A DNA stretch of 64,000 nt from Hydrolagus colliei (taxonomy: Eukaryota): the NCBI GenBank assembly GCA_035084275.1, contig CM068751.1, positions 19,902,001 to 19,966,000 of the forward strand, in the 5' to 3' direction. Positions 1 through 10,727 of the stretch are shown here, piece by piece. The position numbers were made by a program, and so were the translations under genes. A model generated the notes under the pieces. That model was given only the letters and a program-made list of their open reading frames with translations, made no database searches and had not been told where the DNA came from. Each line of letters begins with the position of its first letter. Positions within the stretch are counted from its first letter, which is position 1.

Positions 1-1628
1 CAGAGAGTAATAAACTGCAGCTCCTGTTCAGAATAATTCCAGCCTGATTTATGTGAGAGATCACATCAGCTACTGTTTTGGACTTGTGCCCACTGTGAAT
101 ATTTTGATTGCATAACCTCAAGAGTATTTCTTAAAGCCTTTTTTTTTTAACACACACTCCCTGTCTCTTTCCTGAATGCATTCCTTCGGATGCCCAGGCA
201 CTTTTACTCCTGTTGGCTAAATGAGCTGTCTTCACACATCCTTTATCACATTTACGGATGTACCTCTGATTGCATTAAAGTGAATAATTCAGTCCATTTA
301 ATTGGACCCAGAGCTCTGAATTGAAGGCCCTTTGAGGTGTCAGAGGTCCTCATCCTTTATTGTACTTTCAGCTGTGCATGTGTTACAGGAAGCAATGGGA
401 TTGCCCCTGTTGGCAGAAACCATTACCTGCTTCTGGGAGCAGAGTGAGATATGTGTGTGTGTGTGCGATAGAAAAAAAACAACACTTCCTTTAACGCAGA
501 ATGCGACTTTCCCACTGTCTGCCCTAACCTCCTTTGTCATCTGTTGTTTTTCTCTAAGCTGCTGTTGTCTGGAGGGGAGGAAGAGGTTTCCTTCAGGATG
601 TTAATTTCAAGGCTGACTAGGTTCTAGTCACAGGGCCTTGCTGGAGGTATCATTCATTGCGTGCCTAACGGCAGCAGGGGATGTTTGTCTCACCTGCAGG
701 CTATATGGCTGTAGCAACGGGGTTTGGGGAGAGCATTAGGATCTTAAAACCACACCTGGTCCTCCCAGCCTCTTTCTTTTCATTGCTTTTCACGGTTGAG
801 CTTAAGCATGTTAGAAATGTGTCTATTCTTAACTTTCTTAGAGGAGAGCGACAAAGACATTACGGTAACTCAAACTCAAACGCTATTTTACCCTCCAGCT
901 CAGTTGTAAATCCAGATCGTTTTGTCTTAATTCTCTCTTCCTTCCTTCCCCATTTATTTATCGCACGGCGGGAAAATAAAATTGGGAGAGTGACAATAGT
1001 CAAGAGTGGATGGGGTCTTAAATAAGTTAATATACATTTAGACATATAAATGACATATTTTACAGGCTTGGTGTATGCCCCCTTTAAATCTACTGGTGAC
1101 CTTTAGTTTAAATTGCAAATTTTGCTTCAGGCTAAGCCTATTCCGGTAGTTACTAATGAAACTCCACTTACTCTCATTGATAAATATACAACATTTAAAA
1201 ATGTTCACTGATGCAATAAGGTTATTAAAATATTGTTACCACTGGGGTTTCAATAATGCAGAAGATTAATACACTCTGTCCTCGTATTAACACAGTTACT
1301 GGGAGCAAGTGCAGTGAGTCCTGCTCTTATTGTAATGCTGTCTATGAGAACCGTGAGCATTTATAGTCCACTCCATTACAGCAAGGTCCCTGTGTGTCTG
1401 TACAAGGTATTAAACCCATATTATAAATATGGCACCCAGTGGTGTGTGCAAGGCATTCCGTCCACAATGTAATGTCGTTCCTGCGGTTGTCTCCAATATT
1501 GGGAACTAAAAAAAAAGAAACTTCAAAGGAGTAATGATCCGCGGTTGTACGAATAAAATAAAGACCAGAGTTGTGGCAATGGCAGTAGGGAAATGGTGTG
1601 AAATAAATCAATCAATATATAAATAAAT

Positions 1629-1950
1629 GGAGGATTGTTGGCCAGAACACTGGGCGAAACTTCCCTCTCCTTCCCCCTCCAAGATGGCAAGGAAAGGTAC
1701 TATGTAAATGCGAGTGGTTCTTCTCTTTTTGAATTGTGTTATGGGATCTCTAATGTCCACCGGATCAAGCAGCCAACAACCTCAGTTTAATGTCTCGTCT
1801 GAAGGTTGGCACCTCCAACATTATAGCATTTCCCCCATCGCTGCACTGGAGTGTCAGCCTTGACCATGAGCCCCAAAGCCCCCAAAATGGTACTTGAACC
1901 CACTATAATCCTGACTCACAGGTGAGAGTGCTACCGACTGAGTCAGGTGC
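1629..1950 (-). mobile_element. Old tRNA-headed Deu-domain SINE (SacSINE1/LmeSINE-like)
   Basis: Reverse-strand Deu-like core (gttggccagaacac...atgggatctctaatgtccacc...cctcagtttaatgtctcgtctgaa), then ctgcactggagtgtcagcct and a tRNA-like head (cttgaacccac...gagagtgctaccgactgagtca). Confidence 0.7.
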
Positions 1951-2014
1951 ACAGTATTCTCCTGTCACTTGGTGACGGAAAGGAGAGCGACAGCAAGGTC
2001 TACGGCTTGGATAA

Positions 2015-2800
2015 CAAACAAATTATTGCATTAATGTCACACTTTAACGTGTTGAGATATGACAAAGTGCCTTATGTTTTGAGGTCTAATGACTGTTGTT
2101 ATGCAGCCAAATGTGGCAGCTAATCTGCACCATGCCAGTAACTTGCTATAAACACCAGCGCAATTATTGACTAATTAATCAATTAATCTGATTTTTGGTG
2201 AATTTTTGGATGAGTTACAAGATACCTGGAGCACTTGCTGATGTGCTCTTCAAAATAATCTCCTGAGATCTTTGAATATCCACCTAAACCATAAATGGGA
2301 TATCAGTGTAACGTTCCATTCAGTGCAGGTGGTAACTCCCAATAACACAGGGCTCCTTCAGAGTTGAGCTGGGTTACTAATTATTATTAATAATAATAAT
2401 CCTTGCATTTGATATAGCGGCTTTTCACATCTTATCGACGTCTCAAAGCGTTTCACAGAATATACTGTAAAGTGAATTGACTGAATGTTTTGGGGCAAAA
2501 CGCAGCAGCCAATTGCGCACAGCAGCGTCCCCCACAAACAGTCATGGATTGAAATGACCAATTTTTTTAATTGTGTTTTTTTGGGGGGACGGATTATTAT
2601 TAGGCGCGCGTGTGTGTGTATGTGTGAGTGTGTGAAGTAAGGAAACTTGTCCAAGGTTTCACCCTGATCTGCCTGGATTTGAAACACAGGTCTCGCGCTT
2701 GTAAGGCGAGTGGCTCTAAACCACTGAGCTACAGGAGCTCCACACAGATAGGGAGGCCTGGGTATGAGCTCAAATCCTGCTGAACTCGGCTTGAAGTTCA
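2015..2800 (-). mobile_element. Old Deu-domain SINE interrupted by a younger SINE (2388-2740)
   Basis: Decayed tail and Deu core (gtggcagctaatctgcac, gctcttcaaaataat..gagatcttt) at 2015-2375; head-side sequence resumes at about 2755 (gcctgggtatgagctcaaatcctg). Confidence 0.55.
2388..2740 (-). mobile_element. Young tRNA-derived SINE, full length
   Basis: Reverse complement has head gagctcctgtagctcagtggtttagag, body aaattggtcatttcaatcc..tgtttgtggg..gctgtgcgcaattggctgc, and tail gctatatcaaatgcaagg(att)n. Confidence 0.9.
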
Positions 2801-4148
2801 ATTACTGGGATCTGTACAGTGAAGGGGTTGCTGTACATAGTTTCCAGTTTGACTGGAATCTCTGAGTGGCTGTGTAGTCGGCTGTACAAAGCTTTACGGA
2901 TTTCCAGCGTTAAGCATCGAGGCGTGGTTTGCTGTGTGCGGGTTTTTATTCGCATCTCATAAATAATGCCCCTAATGAAGTAGCCCATTTATCCTCGGCT
3001 GATGATGGATGGCGTGCCCCGAGAGGAACCGTGGACATAGGCAAGTAGATCATTTTCATATTTGGTGAGAACAATATTAAGCACGGAGAGGCCTTGGCGA
3101 TAGCTTTTAATAAATGAATAATCCGAGGTGAGAGGCTCAGAAGTCAGTGTAAAATAATAACCCCCGACTTTACCGCACATTTGTCAGTGTTTGCATACCG
3201 GGTTGCATCCTGGGTAAATGAGCAGTTAATGAGGACCTGTGTTATGGTTGGGATATCTTGGGGAGATTTATCATACGAAAACGTCTAGTTCGTTCAGGAC
3301 CTCGAGGCTTATGACTCAAAGGTAGAACTCTGAGCAAGTGTGATTAATGTTTTGTAACCATCCAGCTTAAATCAATAAGCAGCCGGTTGTACAGGAGAGA
3401 AATACAATATCCTGTTAAACCCGACGCAAAAATCACAAACGATAACGCACGGCAGATACTGCAGAGCACGGAGCCAATCCACGCCACGCAGCTCACCTTA
3501 ATACAGAGCGAGAAAGGGGCCCCCTTTTGTTTTTTACATTCGGAGTTTGGTTGTATCGGATTCCACGCCAGCGTCGGCTTTTCCGCGGAGCGTTGAATGA
3601 AATACCGCGTTCGGCAGTCGTCACCCGCGAATGAAAGGTGTGTCGGCACAAATCAGCCCCCCCCGCGAAGAGAAAGCTCAAAACCACCACAACATTTAGA
3701 CAAGACGCTCTCAGCTCGCAAATCGCACGGTATTGTTCCTTGGTTACAAAGGCCGATAGAATGGGATCATCCGATACGTATTAACAGAAGTGTTGTAGAC
3801 TGTATTTGCAGGCTCCTGCCTGCCTGCCTGCCTGCCCCCAGTACACGAGACGCTAAAAGCTTTCACGGGAATTTGGCAGCAGGGAAGGTGACATCGGAAA
3901 CAATTCCTTGAAGGGCAATTTCGCAAAGATGCTGCTGCGATGCCGCACGGTAGATAACGTATTTAGCGGCAGTCTCTCAGTTTTGTGAGGGGGACTATTT
4001 TGTTTTTTTAAAAAAAAACATATGTTTCCATTTTCTTCCTCCAGCCTCCACTTGGATCCCCTAGACTCCACCAGGGTCACCAAAACATTAAGGCTTTTGT
4101 CACTGTGATTAATAGTGCTTTAGATCATCCCTAATTCACTCACTAATG

Positions 4149-4306
4149 NNNNNNNNNNNNNNNNNNNNNNNNNNNNNNNNNNNNNNNNNNNNNNNNNNNN
4201 NNNNNNNNNNNNNNNNNNNNNNNNNNNNNNNNNNNNNNNNNNNNNNNNNNNNNNNNNNNNNNNNNNNNNNNNNNNNNNNNNNNNNNNNNNNNNNNNNNNN
4301 NNNNNN
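4149..4306. other. Assembly gap (158 N)
   Basis: Run of N. Confidence 1.
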
Positions 4307-4610
4307 TGTGTGGAGCAGTAGCAGAAAGCCAAGCTGTGACATTTCCTTTCGGTAGGATTTTTTTTAATACACACAGGCTGTTGCAGCTTGTTGAAAGTGA
4401 CAATTTTAATACAGAAGTATTTATTTTACACTGTAAAATATATTCTGTAGATATATATAATATATATATTTAAAAAAATTATTTCCCTCTGTAAATGTTT
4501 TATTTATCTGTGTGAGAAATGCCATCCTGGGAAATGGAACACTTTCCCTGCACCTGATTCTAAAATTTCTTCCGGTTATTAGTTTTAAGAATATTGTCTT
4601 AAAATGAATA

Positions 4611-4750
4611 CTACTACTAATAATAATGATACACCTTGCATTTGATATGGAGCCTTATCGTGTCTTTGTCTTCGACACGTTCCGAAGCATATTAAAAAAA
4701 TTGTAAAATAAATTGACTGTATATTTGTGAGTGAAACACAGCACTCAATG
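4611..4750 (-). mobile_element. Young SINE 3' fragment
   Basis: ccttgcatttgatat tail and aattgactgtatatttgtg. Confidence 0.75.
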
Positions 4751-4801
4751 ATCACCAAAGATCCTTAAATTTAATTTGGTCCTAGACTGTAAGATTTAAG
4801 A

Positions 4802-4914
4802 TTCGCCCACAAATATATAGTCAATTCCCTTTACAGTATATTCTGTGAAACGCTTTGAGACGTCGATAAGATGTGAAAAGCGCTATGTCAAATGCAAGGA
4901 TTATTATTATTATT
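4802..4914 (+). mobile_element. Young SINE 3' fragment
   Basis: ttcgcccacaaatata...gcgctatgtcaaatgcaaggattattatt. Confidence 0.85.
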
Positions 4915-5125
4915 AAGATTATATGGAATTGTGGAAAATTATTTTTCAAAACGTCATTTTTGCACTTTTTAACCCGGCTTCTTTTTTCAGGACTGAAAAA
5001 GAAACGGCTTCTAAATTTAAATTCTGAATTTTTTTCCGAATTTTCCACAATCCTGCGCCATTTTAAATTTGATCGGAGAATGTTGTGACAGGCTGAGAAA
5101 CTGTCAGGGTTGGAATTTTTCACCA
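4915..5125. mobile_element. AT-rich MITE/DNA-element remnant of a family recurring in the window
   Basis: Shares motifs (gaattgtggaaaatt, ctgaattt, terminal ggaattttt/tcacc) with 8186-8360, 13876-14668, 39770-40075 and 59270-59456. Confidence 0.45.
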
Positions 5126-5699
5126 CAGTTTCTTCTCAGATGGGTGGTGAGTGTGATTTTCATGCGAGGGTAACGACCTTCCCATTACACTGCTTCATCA
5201 AACATTTGCAGGTCAAATATAGCACAAGTCAGACGTAAAGTTGAGATCCTTTTGTGCTTTCCCAACATATGTGGCCAAATCCCAACCTCAGAAGAGAGCA
5301 CTGTACTGCACATATGTTACATTTCTATTTAACACACCAGTGGGTAAAAATTCCATTCAGCGTTTACGTGTTTCGCCAAAGGCAATGTCAACCACTGATG
5401 GGATTTCGCATCATAGCCGCACATCGCCAAAGACAGACACAACGTGCATCGCTGAACGGAATTGTCACCTCATAATGTAGAAATTCATATTGCAGAGAGT
5501 AATTACCACATCACACTCTCCCCTGCGTCGTCCTCCCTCCCCCCCCCCCCCCCCCCTCCCCAACCCCACCCTATTAGACCCAGTGCTCTGTCTTTGTAGC
5601 TCTAGTCACAAGAGAGGTTTGGATGTAGGAAGCCCTTCAAACCATTTGGTGTACATTCTTTCAGAATGCCCACGTTCCTGCCTTCCCATTACAGCATCA

Positions 5700-5910
5700 G
5701 CCACTTTCTGAAGCACATCCAAGTCCCTGGCTTCTGCCACGCTCCCCAGTAACCAGTTTGAGGTACACATTACTATCTGTGTGAAGGAATACCATGTCTG
5801 TCCTCAACTTGTCCTTCACAGATTGCAATTTACTGCCTCGTGGATTTGAAAGCATTGTTCTGGGTTTGCCTAGATTATTTCTCTATCTGATTTAGGATTG
5901 TGCATACCTC
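5700..5910 (-). mobile_element. Decayed CR1 LINE 3' fragment
   Basis: ctatctgtgtgaaggaa...cctcaacttgtcc resembles the reverse complement of the CR1 C-terminal FFTxRV region. Confidence 0.45.
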
Positions 5911-6651
5911 CTGGGTGTCGATTTGGTATTTTTTTGTGCAACATAACGGCTAGGTGAAGCCGATAGAAAATTGCTGATCACCAATGGAAATCAAGGCGAT
6001 TGACTTCTTCAGTGAAGGTTTTAAGCCTTCTTTCGACCCAAAAAAGCAATACTTAAAGCACAAACAACTAAACAAAAATCCTGCTTCTTATTACAGTATC
6101 TTCAATCTCTAACCACTTAACCTTAAACAACAACAGCACGGCATCAAAAAGATTAAACTACAAATGTGTTTGAAGTTAGTTCTGAAGGTTTGTTGAATTC
6201 CAGTTATGCCGTTGAAACCTTTAATCTCATCTTTGTCCCAAGAATTGTTTTATTATTTCTTTTCTTCTCTTTAAAAAGTCACCTCCCACCAGTCCTTATC
6301 TACTGAAGCGCATATTTCCGAAAAATAAATAATGTTATTTGCATCTGAGTTATTTATGTTGCTGAAACCAGCCATTGAGAATTGCTAGACTTGAATCACT
6401 TTCAGCAAGAGGGCCTGCTGCCACATGATTGGGATTTAGATGTTTGTGAAAAATCTTTCAGTTGGTTCTGTTCATTCAGCAATTGTAGAACCAACAAGAG
6501 ATGAAGTCAACCGAGATGAGAAGGAAACACACAGTCCCACCTTGGACATTAACACCATGTCATGCAGAGAGAGGCTGAACCAATGTATCGTGTAATGGAG
6601 GGGTTAGAAACTGCACTTGGGGGTTGACAAACTGTGAGTTATATGGGGGCA

Positions 6652-6653
<2 letters not shown>

Positions 6654-6693
<40 letters not shown>
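6654..6693. repeat. (AGAC)n microsatellite, about 10 units
   Basis: Direct reading. Confidence 0.95.
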
Positions 6694-6774
6694 GTATACA
6701 TAGCAGAAAGATAGGCAGAAGGAGAGAAACACAGAGGCAGGAAGAGAAAAAACAAGCAAAGAGTGTAATTTAAT

Positions 6775-7042
6775 ATTAATTCTTACATTTGATATTGCAC
6801 TTTTTAACGTCACGATGACGTCCCAAGGAGCTTCACGGGATTTACTATGATGTGAAGTGGCTGTATTTTGTGGACTAAAAAGCAGTAACCAGTTTGCCCA
6901 CAGAAATATCTTGCCAACAGTATTTTTTTCTGGAGGATTGTTGGCCAGGACACCGATTAAACTCCCTTTGGTCTTTAAGGCAGCGCATGGGATCTTTAAC
7001 ATCCACATGAACAAGCCGTCAGGACCTCAGTTTTAACATCTT
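6775..7042 (-). mobile_element. Old Deu-domain SINE 3' portion
   Basis: Tail cttacatttgatattgcac; core gattgttggccaggacacc...catgggatctttaacatccac...gacctcagttttaacatct. Confidence 0.75.
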
Positions 7043-8147
7043 ATACAATGGACGGTGGGCAGGGAAAGGAAGACGGGTAGAAACGGGAAGAGATGTATAG
7101 AAACAGGGAGGAACGAGAGGTTCCTAATAGAAGCTCAGACACGCACAGCAAAATTATCAATAGAGACAGAAACAGGTATATATATATATATGTAGGTATA
7201 GAGAGGGAGAGCAGTGTCGAGAGAACGAGTATGGAAGAGGGAGAGAAAACAAGGAAAAATGACAGCAAAGTCAAGAGACAAAGGAAAAACTACAGTTCAC
7301 GTTGAAAGAAAGGTGCAGGAAAGGTTGAGACCGGGAGAGCGAAGGAGAGAGTGAGAGACAGAGAATAAATGAATCATGAATTGTTTTGAAGGAACATGGC
7401 TTTATATTTAATGTGATGGATCGAACAGCCTGTAACCAAATAGAGACAGATTAACCAGCTTTAATCGGAACCTGAGGCTGTACAGTTTTGGGGGAGATTC
7501 TGTGGCCTGTTCAGGTTTGTTTTCATTTGCGAGAGAATTTCTATTTTTTTTCTTTGATACTTGTTCCAGCAATACCTTCTTTATGAGCCAAACCTACTCT
7601 GCTGTTTGACATAGTCAGGACGCTGGGGCCAAAACACAAGACTCATTTCCCTTGTAACATAGTGCTCGAGTTACAGAGGAGTGTGAGAGGCTGAGAAAAA
7701 GTCAGGTCCTCTGTGTTTATACAAGAATTCCTTCTTAGATGGGAGGGGAGAAAGTTATTCCAGTGAAAATCACAAAAACTCTATTGGAGGAACTTTAGAT
7801 CGGAAATTACAAGATTAAAAACCAGGAAGAAAAAGCCAAGGCTGAAACGAATGCTTTCCGACAGTGTGACTAAAATTAACTACAAGGGTCTATTGTAAAC
7901 GGCAATCCACTGTATCAAATTATCTCATGACACTAATGGATTCAATATCAATTAATTTTATAATTTGTTGAGTATATACATCTTAAATGTTTTTCTCTGT
8001 GTTCCTGAAGATATAAGGACATTAATGTGCCTGATACTCCCAGGTCGGCAGAGCAAGGCTGCCTTTCACACTTCACCTACAATATGTCAACTTCCAGGTT
8101 AGAAGATTGCCCCCGAAACTATGGCATTTCCATGTTGTGCCCTCTAC

Positions 8148-8185
8148 TAGATTACCAATGTAATGTAGATTACCAATGTAATGTA
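8148..8185. repeat. 18-bp tandem duplication (tagattaccaatgtaatg x2)
   Basis: Two exact copies. Confidence 0.95.
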
Positions 8186-9289
8186 CGGGGAGAAATTCCA
8201 CCTGGTCTAGATTTACAATATTTCTGTTATTTTTCAGAGCAACCAGAGTTTAGTAGTATATACAATCTTAATTTTGAAGCCACTTTTGACCATGTTGAGA
8301 ACCACAGAAATCTGATTTCAAAATTGAGTCTGAATTAAACAATTTGCCAATCTGCTCTAATCTCATTCCGCTGCTCTGGAAGGCGCAGAGTTAGAGGGAC
8401 TACTGTGTTAACCCCTCTCCTCGCATCACAATCAATAATTAATATGGTCAGTTAGATTAATGATTAATAGAACAATTCCTGCCAGAAAGTAACGTTGTTT
8501 TATAGTCCAGTTGTTGATATTTTCTCTCCCCTCTCCACATTCTGGGATCTGGAATCAAGTCCAGCCCCAAACTGATGGGTTGAAAGTCTCCATTGTCTAA
8601 TAACTATAAGAAATGAGTTTGTGCCAGACTGAGCTGAGATTCAGGAAGGTGTGGGCTCACGGCACAATAGTGCCCATAAATCAGCAGTCTCACTCGCGGC
8701 AGGCCGCAGAACGAATTGGCGCAAGAAATTAAAAAGTGGGTAGAGTAGAGGGAGCTTTCACCCGCATCTATCCTTCTCTGCTCCTGACCTGGGAGTGCTT
8801 GACGCTGACACTGCTGCCTGAAAGGGGAGAAAAATATTACATTTCCTAGTACTAACATCCTTACCTAGATGAGGACAAAATTCACCGCACACCAAAACCT
8901 TTCATTTCAGTTTAATTTCCTGAGCAGCTAGGAAGGAGCCTAAGGCAATCCTTAAGCTCGTATCGTAATGCAATGTTTTTCCAGGCTGTGTCATGGCTGA
9001 TTGGCACGCGTGTGTGCTCTCGCCTTGGTTAGCAGCCACTGAGTAATATTTTACATTTGTAAACAATGAGATGTTATGTAATATTACAGTTTCTCCTATC
9101 GCCTTGCATCAGTCCAATTGAATCAAACGCGAGCAAGCCGTGACTCTCTAAAACTTATCATTTGTGACAGAAATTTGGAAAATATCCTATTCAGAAGTTT
9201 CCAAAAACCCACAGCTTTCTCCACTTACAAACCCTTTAGTTGAAGCCCTCACAATGCATTTAATTAAATGTCATGTTCTGGAGATTCAT

Positions 9290-10070
9290 ATGAACTGGAT
9301 TATAGTATTCAGAAAGATCAGGTTGACAGCTAAGGAATGGCAGATGGATTTTAATTCACGTACGTATAGGTTAGACATATCTAAAAAGGGAACAAAGGTA
9401 CATCAAATCAGGGGTGTCTGGAAGAAGAAGAAAAAACGGGTGTGATTATTGATCGTCAATTGAATTATAAACCTGATACCAATGAGGGTGATCAAACATT
9501 TACCTCGCATCTCAAAGCTAATAATAATCCCTCAAAAAAAGCAATAATAAAATTGGTCATTTCAACCCACGACTGTTTGTGGGACGCCGCTGTTCATGAT
9601 TGGCTGCCGCGTTTCGCCCACAAATATACAGTCAACTCACTTTACAGTGTATTCCGTAAAGCACTTTGGGACGTCTGGAAGATCTGCAAAGCGCTAAATC
9701 AAATGCAAGGATTATTATTAATATTATTATTAACTGACTGTAAATTGGAAAACATTATTTTCTCATTGTGTAGTTCATTGCTGAGCCAGGGTGTATGCAA
9801 TTTCGGGCGACTGTGCTTTAATAAAGTGGGTTCAGAGAAAGATGATTTGGGGACTTGAGGAATATAATCTGAGGAAAGAAAGGCTTGCAAAACTGAACTT
9901 CTCTTCGTTGGAGTACGATGATTGAAGTCAGATTTGACCCAGGACTTTAAAAAGCTGAGAGGCACAGTAGATGTACATGTAAGCAGCTTATTTGACTTAG
10001 AACGTGAGCTCAGACTAGAGGAACAAGGTTTCCTATTTAAAGAAAAGGCCTCCTGAGAGTCTATAATTCC
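9290..10070 (+). mobile_element. Decayed CR1 LINE ORF2 C-terminal fragment, interrupted by a SINE
   Basis: AKEWQMDFN (CR1 WAxxWQMxFN), a GVII-like segment, ERLAKLNFSSLE-like (ERLxxLxLFSLE) and RTRG-like motifs occur in the expected order. Confidence 0.7.
9515..9732 (+). mobile_element. Young SINE, 5'-truncated
   Basis: taataatccc..aaattggtcatttcaacccacgactgtttgtggg...aaatgcaaggattattatt. Confidence 0.9.
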
Positions 10071-10419
10071 ACTAATTACTGTAAGTGTCCTCAAGTCATT
10101 TTTCTGCTGGCCTGAACTGTTAATCTGGAATTGCTCAACTAGGCAAACCCGCTCCTAGCAAGATCCAATAACATGTTCCTAATGAATGAAATAGCCTCAG
10201 GGATATATGCCTCCATCTTAGATCATCAAAGACACTTGCCCTAGGGGACCACAAGCCAATAGAGGACATAAAACCATCCGCCCAATGAATGTATACAAGG
10301 TGTGAATCATAGGGTCGTGAGAATCAAGAGGCCTTGATTCCTCGTGATGCTTGAGTATTTTAGGGACACAAATCCTTTATAAGAGGGGCCATTATATACA
10401 TGAGGAACTAGAGCAAAAG

Positions 10420-10727
10420 AAACAATAATGATCCTTGCATTTGATTATGGCTCCTTATCACCTCATTGAGACGTCTAAAAGCGCTTCACAGAATATACTG
10501 TAAAGTGGAATGACTGTATATTGTGCGTGAAACGCGTTGTGTAAATTGTGCACAGCGATGTCCCGCAAATAGCCGTGTATTGGTTGACCACATTTATTTT
10601 TTGTGGAGGCATTATTACCCTCGGAAAGCGATCCGCCGATCGACTTAACAACCGGGTTCCTGCTTATTGATAGGTAAACAGAAGCGTCTAGAGACGAGCG
10701 AGCTAACCACTCCGTTATAGAACTCCA
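10420..10727 (-). mobile_element. Diverged copy of the same SINE family
   Basis: atccttgcatttgat tail, gcgcttcacagaatatactgtaaagtg, head ctaaccactccgttatagaactcc. Confidence 0.8.

Noticed and set aside
2358-2801. Recurring peptide motifs across ORFs (HDCLWGTLLCAIGC, YQMQGLLLL, NARIIII)
   Set aside because: These are translations of the repeated SINE, not a protein family
4120-4403. ORFs containing X runs
   Set aside because: Artefacts of the N gap
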